From: an uncultured virus (IMG/VR IMGVR_UViG_3300032291_002419)
Taxonomy: Duplodnaviria > Heunggongvirae > Uroviricota > Caudoviricetes
Length of the DNA stretch: 63,890 nt
IMG/VR virus record: IMGVR_UViG_3300032291_002419
Strand: one strand, 5' to 3'
Part shown: piece by piece, positions 20,556-30,649 of the stretch
Layout of the letters: every line of letters begins with the position of its first letter
Position numbering within the stretch: position 1 is the stretch's first letter
Notes under the pieces: generated by a model
The model's input: only the letters and a program-made list of their open reading frames with translations
What the model was told of the DNA's origin: nothing
Databases searched by the model: none
Translations under genes and position numbers: made by a program

Positions 20556-21659
20556 ATGGCAAAGAGAGAAGAAGATTTAGCGAGTATTCTCGCAGATTCT
20601 CTAAATAAACAAAATAAGGATGGTAAAATTGCATATTTCTTAGATGATGATGGGAGCGATGTTCCCACCAATGTTAAAGATTGGTTATCTACGGGTAACG
20701 CAATGTTAGATGTGGCAATTTCAAATAGACCTTATGGAGGCTTGCCGGTTGGACGTATTACGGAAATTACTGGGTTAGAGCAAAGTGGAAAATCTTTGCT
20801 CTCCGCCCACCTATTAGCAGAAACGCAAAAGAAGGGTGGAGTGGCAGTTTTAATTGATACGGAAACCGCAGTAAGTAGGGAATTTTTAGAAGCAATTGGA
20901 GTAGATATATCAAAATTACTGTATGTATCGGTTGATACAGTTGAGGCTATTTTTGAAGCGTGTGAAACGATTATTGAAAAAGTAAGAACCGGTGATAAAG
21001 ATAGATTGGTTACAATCGTAGTTGATTCAGTAGCAGCCGCATCTTCTAAGAAAGAAATGGAAGCAGATTACGATAAAGATGGATATGCAACCGATAAGGC
21101 TATTATCATTTCCAAAGCAATGCGAAAGATTACTAATATGATTGGTAGACAATCGATTGCACTTATATTTACAAATCAATTAAGACAGAAGATGAACGCT
21201 ATGTTTGGAGACCAATGGACTACAAGCGGCGGTAAAGCATTAGCATTTCATGCATCAGTTCGATTGAGATTGAAAAGTATGGGGCAATTGAAAGTTTCAG
21301 ATAGAATCGTTGGAATTAAAGTAAGAACTCAGGTTATTAAAAATCGAATGGGACCGCCGCTACGTTCCGCAGATTTTGATATTTTCTTTGATAGAGGTAT
21401 TGATAACTATGGTGGATGGATTTCAGTTATGAAAGACCAAAAATTACTAAAACAAGGTGGTGCCTGGTATACATATGTTGATATTGAATCAGGAGAGGAA
21501 ATCAAATTTCAAGCAAAAGACTTCGTATCTATTTTACAAGATGAGGATTTAAAAGACCAAATCTATCGTAGAATATGCGAAGCAACGATTTTACAATATA
21601 AAAGTTCAAATTCGGATGAGATAGAAACTACAACAGAAGTGGAAAATGAGTCAGATTAA
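20556..21659 (+). CDS. recA: RecA/UvsX recombinase
   Basis: GLPVGRITEITGLEQSGKS Walker A, IVVDSVAA, FTNQLR, TSGGKALAFHASVRLRL. Confidence 0.95.
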   Translation: MAKREEDLASILADSLNKQNKDGKIAYFLDDDGSDVPTNVKDWLSTGNAMLDVAISNRPYGGLPVGRITEITGLEQSGKSLLSAHLLAETQKKGGVAVLIDTETAVSREFLEAIGVDISKLLYVSVDTVEAIFEACETIIEKVRTGDKDRLVTIVVDSVAAASSKKEMEADYDKDGYATDKAIIISKAMRKITNMIGRQSIALIFTNQLRQKMNAMFGDQWTTSGGKALAFHASVRLRLKSMGQLKVSDRIVGIKVRTQVIKNRMGPPLRSADFDIFFDRGIDNYGGWISVMKDQKLLKQGGAWYTYVDIESGEEIKFQAKDFVSILQDEDLKDQIYRRICEATILQYKSSNSDEIETTTEVENESD

Positions 21660-22716
21660 TAAGAAATATTTAGAAATATTAAAAGAGATAGATAAAGAAC
21701 ACCAAGGTCTTGGAGATTTGCATCGCAATTCTAAGACTTTGGTAATAGATGGACTTAACACGTTTATTCGTTCTTGGTCAACTGCACCAAATCTGAATGA
21801 TAACGGAGACCATATTGGGGGTATAGTCGGTACTTTAAAAAGTATCGGCTATGCAATCCGTTTGATTAATCCTACTAGAGTTGTAGTAGTATTTGATGGT
21901 AAAAATGGCTCTCAAAGTAGAAAAGATGTATATTCTGGATATAAATCCGAAAGAAGTAAGAATAAAATCAAAATGAGATTAAATCGTGCCGCTTCCGTTG
22001 AGATGAATCCAGAAGAAGAGGATGTATCTATGAAACGTCAGATGAATGCATTGGGTGAACTATTAAGTGCATTACCTGTTACTATTATGATATACGATGG
22101 TATTGAAGCTGATGATGCAATGGCTTATATTGCTACCACATTGAGAAAGGATGGTGAGAAGGTAATAATAATGAGTTCGGATAAAGATTTTCTTCAATTG
22201 GTAAATAAAGATGTTAGCGCATATTCGCCATCTAAGAAAAAGATTTATACGATTGATGAAGTTAAAAATGAGTATGGATTTCATCCGCACAATTTTATCA
22301 ATTTCAGAATGATTGATGGTGATAAATCGGATAATGTTGGTGGTATTACTGGTTTGGGTGCAAAAACTATAATAAAAGCATTTCCAATTTTAACAGAAGC
22401 AGAGACGCATACCACCGAAACTATGTTAGATTACATTGAAACTTTGCCAAAGAAATCAAAAGCGCATGAATTATTTAAAAATAATTTGGAAATATTAGAA
22501 AGAAATCGTAAATTGATGCAATTATCAGAACCAGACTTTAGTGGGAATCTTCGATTGAAAATAATGGATAGATATGATGAACCGATTCCAAAGTTTGATA
22601 AGCATTCTTTTTTAAAATTGGGGTTAAAGCATCGTATGTTGGATGCATTTCCTAATATAAATGAGTGGTTGCAATCTACCTTTGGGCATATTTCAAAATT
22701 TGTAGAAAACAAATAA
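21646..22716 (+). CDS. 5'-3' exonuclease/flap endonuclease (T4 RNase H-like)
   Basis: LVIDGLN, EADDAMAY, SSDKDFLQL, DGDKSDNVGGITGLGAKT. Confidence 0.92.
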   Translation: MSQINKKYLEILKEIDKEHQGLGDLHRNSKTLVIDGLNTFIRSWSTAPNLNDNGDHIGGIVGTLKSIGYAIRLINPTRVVVVFDGKNGSQSRKDVYSGYKSERSKNKIKMRLNRAASVEMNPEEEDVSMKRQMNALGELLSALPVTIMIYDGIEADDAMAYIATTLRKDGEKVIIMSSDKDFLQLVNKDVSAYSPSKKKIYTIDEVKNEYGFHPHNFINFRMIDGDKSDNVGGITGLGAKTIIKAFPILTEAETHTTETMLDYIETLPKKSKAHELFKNNLEILERNRKLMQLSEPDFSGNLRLKIMDRYDEPIPKFDKHSFLKLGLKHRMLDAFPNINEWLQSTFGHISKFVENK

Positions 22717-22738
22717 ATTATAATAAAATAAAACAGTT

Positions 22739-23044
22739 ATGGTAGAAAAAGTAGCACATCCAATTGGAGACAGAGTTCTCCTAAAAGAATCAGAACAGCA
22801 ATCCGATAGAACCGCAGGTGGTATCATTATTCCAGATAGTGCCAAATTAGAGGATGTAAAGCGGGCACAAGTTATAAAAGTGGGTAATGGAATTTATACA
22901 CAAAGTGGTACGTTAATTCCAATGACCGTATCGGAAGGTGATGAAGTAATTATACCACCATATCACCAAGGAATTGAAGTAAAAGTGAACGGTGAAAAAT
23001 ATATCCTATTAAGAGAATCGGAAATATTAATGGTATTAAAGTAA
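22739..23044 (+). CDS. groES: Co-chaperonin GroES
   Basis: PIGDRVLL, TAGGIIIPDSAK, YILLRESEIL. Confidence 0.93.
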   Translation: MVEKVAHPIGDRVLLKESEQQSDRTAGGIIIPDSAKLEDVKRAQVIKVGNGIYTQSGTLIPMTVSEGDEVIIPPYHQGIEVKVNGEKYILLRESEILMVLK

Positions 23045-23072
23045 TTTTTTAAATTAAACATGGAGAAAAACT

Positions 23073-23300
23073 ATGAAGTGTATTAAAGCAATAGCAACAA
23101 CAAATTCCTATAAATTAGGAGATATTCTTAGAGTTACAGATGATGTGGCTGATATTAAAGTAAAAAGTGGATTTTGGGCATTCTGTCCGAAATCCGAATG
23201 GAGAGCTCTCCGAGCCCCAGTTGATACTCCGCAAAATGTTGAAAAAATAAATAAAGAAAAATCTAAAAAACAATCTAGGAAACAAAAATTTAAAGAATAA
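23073..23300 (+). CDS. Small basic hypothetical protein
   Basis: 75-aa ORF, translationally coupled to the helicase. Confidence 0.55.
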   Translation: MKCIKAIATTNSYKLGDILRVTDDVADIKVKSGFWAFCPKSEWRALRAPVDTPQNVEKINKEKSKKQSRKQKFKE

Positions 23301-24655
23301 TGGAAGTAATAGATACACTAGTCAAATATGGACCGTCGTATCAAGCAAAAGTTGTAGCTTCCATTATATCAGATGTAAAGTTCTTAGAACAGGTAACTGA
23401 AATAACCAAACCAGCTTTTTTTGAATCGCAGGCTAACCAATGGATTGTCGAAGAAATTCAAAATTACTTCACAGAATATAAAACAGTTCCAACTATGGAA
23501 GTGTTTAAGATTAAAATTGGCAATATTGAAGATAAAATATTAAAGCAGACTGTTATAGAGCAGTTGAAAAGTGTTTATTTACAAATTGGCTCAGATGATA
23601 TACCATATGTTAAAAAGGAATATCTTACATTTGCGAAAAATCAAAAAGTTAAAGATGCTTTATTGAAATCCGTAGACCTGTTAAAAGCGGGAAACTACGA
23701 TAAGATTATCGATACGATGATGGCAGCATCCAAAGTCGGCGTAGAAAACGATTTGGGGCTAGATTACATAGATAATTTCGAACTTATTATGGATGATGTC
23801 AAACGTAATTCAGTATCTACCGGATGGGATGTTATTGATGATTTAATGGATGGTGGATTGGGTCCTGGAGAATTAGGAGTAGTAATGGCTCCATCAGGAA
23901 TTGGTAAGAGTTGGTTTTTGGCTAAAATAGCATGTGCAGCGGTTCAGAAAGGTATGAATGTATTACATTATACATTAGAATTATCGGAAAGTTACGTTGG
24001 GCAAAGATATACGACAATTCTTACAGGCATCCAAACATCGGAACACAAAGAACGTAAAGAGGAAATTATACGTAAAATCAAAAATATACCTGGCAGAGTT
24101 CGTATTAAATACTATCCACCGCAATTCGCATCATCAAAAACGCTATCTGCTCATATTGAAAAATTGAGAGCAAGTGGATTTGACCCAAATCTAATTATTA
24201 TAGATTATGCAGATTTATTAAAATCCAGTAGTAATAGAGATGGATTATATGCCGAATTGGGTGGGATATACGAAGAACTTAGGGGATTGAGTGGAGAGCA
24301 GAAGATACCATGCTGGACCGCTACCCAGACCAATCGGGGAGCAATTGAGCACGAAATCATACAAGCCGATTCGGTAGGTGATTCGTATAAAAAAGTTCAA
24401 ACGGCAGATTTTATTATGAGTGTTAGTAGAAAAACAAAAGATAAGTTATCAAACACTGGCAGAATCCACATTGTAAAAAATAGATTTGGTCCAGATGGTA
24501 TGACGTTTCCATCAAAGATTGATACATTCCATGGTATTATGGATATATTTGCACTTAATTCTGCAGAGGGAGTGATTGCCACAAAAGATTCAAAGAACGG
24601 TGAAAATTTAGAAAAGAAATTATTACACAAAAAGTATGTTGATAATATGGGATAA
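23300..24655 (+). CDS. Replicative DnaB-family helicase (gp41-like)
   Basis: APSGIGKS Walker A, IIIDYADLL, WTATQTNR, KNRFG. Confidence 0.93.
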   Translation: MEVIDTLVKYGPSYQAKVVASIISDVKFLEQVTEITKPAFFESQANQWIVEEIQNYFTEYKTVPTMEVFKIKIGNIEDKILKQTVIEQLKSVYLQIGSDDIPYVKKEYLTFAKNQKVKDALLKSVDLLKAGNYDKIIDTMMAASKVGVENDLGLDYIDNFELIMDDVKRNSVSTGWDVIDDLMDGGLGPGELGVVMAPSGIGKSWFLAKIACAAVQKGMNVLHYTLELSESYVGQRYTTILTGIQTSEHKERKEEIIRKIKNIPGRVRIKYYPPQFASSKTLSAHIEKLRASGFDPNLIIIDYADLLKSSSNRDGLYAELGGIYEELRGLSGEQKIPCWTATQTNRGAIEHEIIQADSVGDSYKKVQTADFIMSVSRKTKDKLSNTGRIHIVKNRFGPDGMTFPSKIDTFHGIMDIFALNSAEGVIATKDSKNGENLEKKLLHKKYVDNMG

Positions 24656-24759
24656 TGGTTAAATATTGTCTAAAATTTTCTAAAGAAAAGGTAGAATTTA
24701 TAAAAAATGAATATAGTTATACCTACATCTTTAATATTACAAAATAAAAATAAACAAAT

Positions 24760-25779
24760 ATGAGTAAACTATTCACAGAGAGAATACCGTATAAACCATT
24801 CGAATATCCAGAATATTACAACGAGGGGTGGTTAAAACAGATGCAAGTATTTTGGCTTCACACCGAGATACCGATGAGCGGTGATGTTAAGGATTGGAAA
24901 GAAAATTTAACGAAAGAAGAGAAGCATTTGGTTGGAAATATTCTTTTGGGATTTGCTCAAACGGAATGTGCCGTATCGGATTATTGGACTGGTATGGTTA
25001 CTAAATGGTTTCCAAAGCATGAAATCAGACAGATGGCAATGGCATTTGGTTCGCAAGAAACAATACATTCGGTTGCATATTCATATCTAAATGAAACATT
25101 GGGATTAGATGATTTCGCAGGCTTTATGCATGATGAAGTTATGAAAGAACGATTTGAATTACTTACTAATACAACCGCAGATTGGACTCCCAAAGATTTA
25201 GACACCAATCATAAGGCTAGAGTTGAGGTTGCTCGCTCACTTGCTATCTTTTCCGCATTTGCGGAAGGTGTAGCGTTATATTCATCATTTGCTGTATTGT
25301 ATTCGTTCCAAATGAGAAATCTCTTAAAGGGTATTGGGCAGCAAATGAAGTGGAGTGTTAGAGATGAATCACTACATTCGAAAATGGGAGTTCAATTATT
25401 CAGACATATGTGTGAGGAGTTTCCAGAATTATTAGAAGAAGCAAAAGCTGATATCTACAAAGCAGCGGAAATAATCAGAGATTTGGAACACAAATTTATT
25501 GATAAGATTTTTGAAATGGGTGATTTAGAAAATCTGAAAAAGGATGATTTAAAGGAATTCATTACAAAGAGAGTTAATGAAAAATTAGCAGAGTTGGGAT
25601 ATATTCCAGTCAAAGGTGGAGACGATTATTTTGAATACGATGAAACGAAGGCATCGGAATTAGATTGGTTTTACAATTTAACCGGAGGAGTTACATGGAC
25701 TGATTTCTTTAGTTCTAGAAGTACTGATTATTCAAAAGCGAATGAAGGAGAAGATTGGGATAGTGGATTGTGGGATTAA
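24760..25779 (+). CDS. nrdB: Ribonucleotide reductase class I beta subunit
   Basis: ETIHSVAYS, EGVALYSSF, RDESLH metal-ligand motifs. Confidence 0.95.
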   Translation: MSKLFTERIPYKPFEYPEYYNEGWLKQMQVFWLHTEIPMSGDVKDWKENLTKEEKHLVGNILLGFAQTECAVSDYWTGMVTKWFPKHEIRQMAMAFGSQETIHSVAYSYLNETLGLDDFAGFMHDEVMKERFELLTNTTADWTPKDLDTNHKARVEVARSLAIFSAFAEGVALYSSFAVLYSFQMRNLLKGIGQQMKWSVRDESLHSKMGVQLFRHMCEEFPELLEEAKADIYKAAEIIRDLEHKFIDKIFEMGDLENLKKDDLKEFITKRVNEKLAELGYIPVKGGDDYFEYDETKASELDWFYNLTGGVTWTDFFSSRSTDYSKANEGEDWDSGLWD

Positions 25780-25848
25780 ATATTAAAAATAAGTAGGTTT
25801 TATTGTGAAAAAATATGTATTTATTATATTTATATAAAAGAATATAGT

Positions 25849-26679
25849 ATGATAGATTGGAAGCGGATATATGATAAACTTATCCAAAAATCAAAAAACC
25901 AAATATTATTGGAAAATGTATATTATGAAAAACATCATATACATCCAAAACATATGGGCGGCAACAATGAACCAACTAATTTAGTATCAATGGATATCAG
26001 ACAACATACTTTGGCTCATTTCATTTTATATAGATTATATAGGCGTGATGGTGATAAAATTGCATATTTGATGAAAGGTGGTCAAACTGAATTAGGAAAT
26101 ATAGAAAGAATAAAATTAGCAGTGTTGGCAAACAGAACATATGGCGGTGGGTTTAAGAATTGGAATGGAGAAAAAAACCCAATGAAAAATAAAGAAACCC
26201 ATAACAAAAGTTTAAAAACAAAATTAAAAAAATATGGAAATGCTGGTATTTTTTCTAATAAACATTATGAAACTCTTTCAACTTTATTAAAATCATATCA
26301 TTTGGATTCGCAAATTAAAACTAAAAGAGTAAATACATTAAATGAAAATATATCAAAATTAAATAAAACGGAGCTAAAAGAAAGATTTGGTAGATTTGGA
26401 GAAACAAATGGATGGTATGGTAAAAAAAGACCTGGCAATTTAGCTGGAAATTATGGTAAAAGTAAAGGTATGTATATTCTCATTTATCCAAACAAAACTC
26501 AAAAAATATACAAAAGTTTTACGGAATTACGTTGTGAAACTAATTTAGATGAGGGCTGGATTAAACGTAATAGAAATAATGGTATATATAATGGAAAAAA
26601 AACTGAAATGGTTGGGTATGAATTGAAATATATTCAAAATGAAAATTACGGAAAATTATTAAATAAACAAAGTTTATGA
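25849..26679 (+). mobile_element. Free-standing HNH homing endonuclease between nrdB and nrdA
   Basis: YYEKHHIHPKHMGG.N...NLV...RQHTLAH HNH core plus basic NUMOD-like repeats; own ATATTTATA motif at 25826-25834. Confidence 0.85.
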
Positions 26680-28457
26680 AAAATTATGGAGAAGAATATG
26701 GGTGGGTGGTCGATGTGGACTACCCAGCCTGGGGAAATAATGAGATATATGTAAAAACTATATCTAAAACATATCTACAAGCTGGAGAGAAGCCAAAAGA
26801 TGCATATTGGAGAGTAGCTACTACGGTGGCTAAGAGATTAGATAAACCACAATTAGCAACAAAATTTTTTGATTACATTTGGAAAGGATGGTTATGCTTA
26901 GCCACACCGGTGTTATCGAATACCGGAACAGACAGGGGATTACCCATATCATGTTTTGGAATTGATGTAGGTGATAGTATTTATGAAATTGGTTCTAAAA
27001 ATTTAGAATTGATGTTGTTGGCTAAACATGGCGGAGGTGTAGGTATTGGTATTAATATGATTAGACCTGCGGGTTCTAAAATTACTGCAAATGGCACATC
27101 GGATGGAATCGTTCCGTTTGCTAAAATATATGATTCAACAGTGCTTGCCACCAATCAAGGTAGTGTTCGTAGAGGTGCTGCCTCAGTAAATATTAAAATT
27201 GAACATAAAGATTTTGAAGATTTTTTAGAAATCAGAGAACCAAAGGGGGATGTGAATCGACAATCGCTTAACTTACATCAATGCGTTGTAGTTAGTGATA
27301 GATTTATGAAAAAATTAGAAGAGGGAGATACCGATGCTCGTAGAAAATGGGGAAAGTTATTACAGAAACGAAAGGCAACCGGAGAGCCTTATATTATGTA
27401 TAAGGGTAATGTGAATAAGGCAAATCCTGATATGTATAAGAAAAACGGATTAAAGGTGCATATGACAAATATATGTAGCGAAATCGTTTTACACACCGAT
27501 GAACAGCATTCATTTGTATGCTGCTTGAGTTCTTTGAATTTAGCAAAATACGATGAGTGGAAGGATACCGACTTAGTCTATACGGCTACCGTATTTTTGG
27601 ATGGAGTATTGGAAGAATTTATCCAAAGAGCTAAAAATATGAAAGGATTCGAAAATTCAATCCGTTCGGCTGAAAGGGGTAGAGCATTGGGATTGGGTGT
27701 ATTAGGATGGCATACGTATTTACAACAAAAAGGATTACCATTTGAAGGATTACAATCTCAATTTGAAACTCGTAAGATTTTTTCTCAAATGAAGATTGAA
27801 TCTGAAAGAGCGAGTAGAGATTTAGCAATCGAATATGGTGAACCATTGTGGTGTAAGGAAAGTGGTATGAGAAATACACATTTAAGGGCAGTAGCGCCTA
27901 CCGTATCAAACTCTAAATTGAGTGGTAATGTAAGTAGTGGTATTGAGCCTTGGGCGGCAAACGTATTTACGGAGCAAACATCAAAAGGAACATTTATTAG
28001 AAAGAATCCGGAGTTGGAAAGTGTATTAACTAAAATTGGTAAAAATACAAAAGAGGTATGGGATAAAATTCTTGCAGATGGTGGCTCAGTCCAAGATTTA
28101 GATGTATTAGATGAGTGGTGTTTTTTAGATGGAAATCTAATATCATTAAATGATATAGATACGCAAATGTATAACGAAAGATGTTATTCTGCTAAAGATG
28201 TATTTAAAACATTCAAAGAAATTAATCAATTAGATTTAGTAAAGCAAGCCGGAATAAGACAACAATACATAGACCAATCAGTTTCATTGAATTTAGCATT
28301 TCCTGCCGTAGCTGACCCAAAATGGATAAATATGGTGCATTTGGAGGCATGGAAGCAGGGAGTTAAAACTCTTTATTATATGCGAACCGAATCTGTATTG
28401 CGAGGTGATATTGCGGCAAAGGCAATGGATGAACAATGTATAAATTGTGAAGGTTAA
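26676..28457 (+). CDS. nrdA: Ribonucleotide reductase class I alpha subunit (no ATP cone)
   Basis: PISCF, TNICSEI, CCLSSLNL, APTVSNS, KTLYYMR, terminal CINCEG. Confidence 0.95.
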   Translation: MKNYGEEYGWVVDVDYPAWGNNEIYVKTISKTYLQAGEKPKDAYWRVATTVAKRLDKPQLATKFFDYIWKGWLCLATPVLSNTGTDRGLPISCFGIDVGDSIYEIGSKNLELMLLAKHGGGVGIGINMIRPAGSKITANGTSDGIVPFAKIYDSTVLATNQGSVRRGAASVNIKIEHKDFEDFLEIREPKGDVNRQSLNLHQCVVVSDRFMKKLEEGDTDARRKWGKLLQKRKATGEPYIMYKGNVNKANPDMYKKNGLKVHMTNICSEIVLHTDEQHSFVCCLSSLNLAKYDEWKDTDLVYTATVFLDGVLEEFIQRAKNMKGFENSIRSAERGRALGLGVLGWHTYLQQKGLPFEGLQSQFETRKIFSQMKIESERASRDLAIEYGEPLWCKESGMRNTHLRAVAPTVSNSKLSGNVSSGIEPWAANVFTEQTSKGTFIRKNPELESVLTKIGKNTKEVWDKILADGGSVQDLDVLDEWCFLDGNLISLNDIDTQMYNERCYSAKDVFKTFKEINQLDLVKQAGIRQQYIDQSVSLNLAFPAVADPKWINMVHLEAWKQGVKTLYYMRTESVLRGDIAAKAMDEQCINCEG

Positions 28458-28468
28458 CCAATATAATT

Positions 28469-29191
28469 ATGGCAGATAATCAATCAAAACGAAAAATGGA
28501 ACTCACTAATACAATACGAGACGAGAAATTAGAAAATCCGAAAGGCCCTATCAAATTTCAAATTCAATTAAATGAGGAGCAGAAGGAGGCAAAGGCAAAG
28601 ATATTAGATAATGCTATAACTATTTTAAGTGGAAAGGCGGGTAGTGGTAAAACTTTATTAGCTTGTAACGTAGCATTAGATATGCTATTCAAAAAGGTAG
28701 TTACTAAAATTATTATAACTAGACCAACCGTTAGCAAAGAAGAGATTGGATTTTTGCCTGGAGATTTACGAGAAAAGATGGAACCGTGGATGCAACCAAT
28801 TTATTCTAATTTTTATCAACTGTATAACAAAGAAAAGATTGATAAGATATTGGAGACTGGGCAAGTTGAAATTGTTCCGCTGGCATTTATGAGAGGTAGA
28901 ACATTTTTAGATGCATTTATTATCGTAGATGAAGCACAGAACTGCACAAACGACCAAATGGAAATGATTACATCTCGCTTGGGATTACGGAGTAAAATGG
29001 TTGTATGTGGAGATTCACAGCAAGTGGATTTGAAGCATAAAGGAGAAAGTGGATTTAGATTCCTATTATCGGTGGCAAAGAAAATAAAGGATATGGATTC
29101 ACAAACGTTATTAACAAATCATAGACATCCAGTTGTAGACTCTTTATTGGATGCATATGATGATTTTAAATTAAAACAAAGTAAAGTATAA
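28469..29191 (+). CDS. phoH: PhoH-family ATPase
   Basis: GKAGSGKT, IGFLPGD, FMRGRTF, DEAQN, GDSQQVDL. Confidence 0.95.
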   Translation: MADNQSKRKMELTNTIRDEKLENPKGPIKFQIQLNEEQKEAKAKILDNAITILSGKAGSGKTLLACNVALDMLFKKVVTKIIITRPTVSKEEIGFLPGDLREKMEPWMQPIYSNFYQLYNKEKIDKILETGQVEIVPLAFMRGRTFLDAFIIVDEAQNCTNDQMEMITSRLGLRSKMVVCGDSQQVDLKHKGESGFRFLLSVAKKIKDMDSQTLLTNHRHPVVDSLLDAYDDFKLKQSKV

Positions 29192-29193
29192 AT

Positions 29194-29457
29194 ATGATAG
29201 AAGTAAAAAAATTCTATGGAGAATGGTGCGTTCCATGTAAAAGACTGGCACCTGTAATCGAAGAAGTTAAATCTCAATTTCCGAATGTTAAATTTGAAAA
29301 TTATGATGTAGATGTGTATTCGGATGTTGCCTCTAAATTTGGCATCCGTTCAGTACCAACGGTGATAATCGTAAAAGATGGAGTAGAAGTTAAGAGAATT
29401 ATGGGAGCGCAATCTAAAATTACATATGAAAGTTCAATAAATGAACATTTATTCTAA
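29194..29457 (+). CDS. trxA: Thioredoxin
   Basis: WCVPCK, GIRSVPT. Confidence 0.9.
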   Translation: MIEVKKFYGEWCVPCKRLAPVIEEVKSQFPNVKFENYDVDVYSDVASKFGIRSVPTVIIVKDGVEVKRIMGAQSKITYESSINEHLF

Positions 29458-29461
29458 AATA

Positions 29462-29573
29462 TTTGGAATTCTCAAAAAAAAGTGTTATATTAGACGTATG
29501 GTAAACAAACTCAATCAATTAACTATTGATTGTTCATAAAAAGTGAAATAATTAAGTTTGTTTCACTTTTTTT
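29462..29573 (+). promoter_or_regulatory. Promoter followed by structured leader and terminator hairpin
   Basis: TTTG-N20-TATATTAG (29462-29493); hairpin CAATCAAT/ATTGATTG (29512-29532); terminator AAAAAGTGAAA/TTTCACTTTTTTT (29538-29573). Confidence 0.55.
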
Positions 29574-29608
29574 GAAACAGATTATACCAAACTTAACTAC
29601 ATTTATAT

Positions 29609-29809
29609 ATGAAATTAATAGGGGAAGCGCATCCCATGCACAAATTAACCGAACAGCAAGTATTTCAAATTAGAGAACTTTGGAAAAATGGTCATAGAAA
29701 TACAAAGGTTTTAGCTAGAAACAACAAAGTATCGCCGGCTAATATCAAAAAAATTGTTACAAATCAAACATGGACACACATGATAAAGTGGCCTTATGAA
29801 AGAAGCTGA
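29609..29809 (+). CDS. Small helix-turn-helix DNA-binding protein (homing-endonuclease C-terminal-type)
   Basis: GEAHPMHKLTEQQVFQIREL...LARNNKVSPANIKKIVTNQTW; overlaps the mom-like start by 14 nt. Confidence 0.65.
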   Translation: MKLIGEAHPMHKLTEQQVFQIRELWKNGHRNTKVLARNNKVSPANIKKIVTNQTWTHMIKWPYERS

Positions 29810-30599
29810 TAAAAATTATTGTGATACATCGAGAGTTTCCGTTAGAGAAATCGGAAGCCATGTAGCAAAGGAGATTATTGTTAAGAAACACTATACACAC
29901 GCTTGGACAGCTTGTAGATACGCATTAGGAATATTCTATAAAATGGATGAAGCAAATGCAATTGGTGATTCTGATAAATTGATTGGATGTATGGTTTATG
30001 GATTTCCCGTAGGTGCAAAAGCACCAACATCAGTTTGCGAAGGACTTACCAAAGATAATATTTTAGAATTAACAAGATTGTATTGCGATGATGGGTATGG
30101 TTCAAATATAGAATCATACGCATTAGGACAATCGTTTAAATGGTTTAGAGAAAATGATAAAAATATTAAAGTTCTAATTTCTTATGCTGATAATGGACAA
30201 GAACATTTAGGTGGTATTTACCAAGCAACGAATTGGATTTATCAGGGGCTAAATACAGATATCGCTTTAATGCCAAATTACGGAATATCTTTATCAAATG
30301 ACCCATACAAATGGATACATAGTAGGACTGTTTTTACAAAATGGGGTAGCGGTAATTTAGAACATCTTAGAAGAGAAATCGGTAAAGATGGTTATAAACA
30401 ATTTTGGAGAAGAGAAGAGCCACCAAAGCACCGATACATTCAGATTATTGGAGCAGATAAAAAGGATAAGAAAGATTTAATTAAAAGATTAAAGCATGAA
30501 GTAAGACCTTATCCTAAAAATGCAAGAGAATATAATAGGGGAGTAGAAGTCCACACAACAATTGAACCAGATTCAGAAATATCCGTAAAGTTTTGGTAA
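29796..30599 (+). CDS. mom: Mom-family (GNAT-fold) DNA modification enzyme
   Basis: KHYTH, LELTRL, ISYAD..QEHLGGIYQATNWIYQG, KHRY motifs of Mu Mom homologues. Confidence 0.85.
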   Translation: MKEADKNYCDTSRVSVREIGSHVAKEIIVKKHYTHAWTACRYALGIFYKMDEANAIGDSDKLIGCMVYGFPVGAKAPTSVCEGLTKDNILELTRLYCDDGYGSNIESYALGQSFKWFRENDKNIKVLISYADNGQEHLGGIYQATNWIYQGLNTDIALMPNYGISLSNDPYKWIHSRTVFTKWGSGNLEHLRREIGKDGYKQFWRREEPPKHRYIQIIGADKKDKKDLIKRLKHEVRPYPKNAREYNRGVEVHTTIEPDSEISVKFW

Positions 30600-30623
30600 A
30601 TCCAAATATTTTTCGTATATTTA
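30592..30623 (+). promoter_or_regulatory. Bacteroidota-type promoter variant
   Basis: TTTG-N20-TATATTTA. Confidence 0.55.
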
Positions 30624-30649
30624 CAATATAACCAATTTAACTAAATAAT

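Noticed and set aside
26635..26700. Third 5'-end duplication at the HNH/nrdA junction (ATGAAAATTACGGAAAA vs ATGAAAAATTATGGAGAA)
   Set aside because: The match is short and AT-rich, and it lies downstream rather than upstream of the nuclease. It could be chance.
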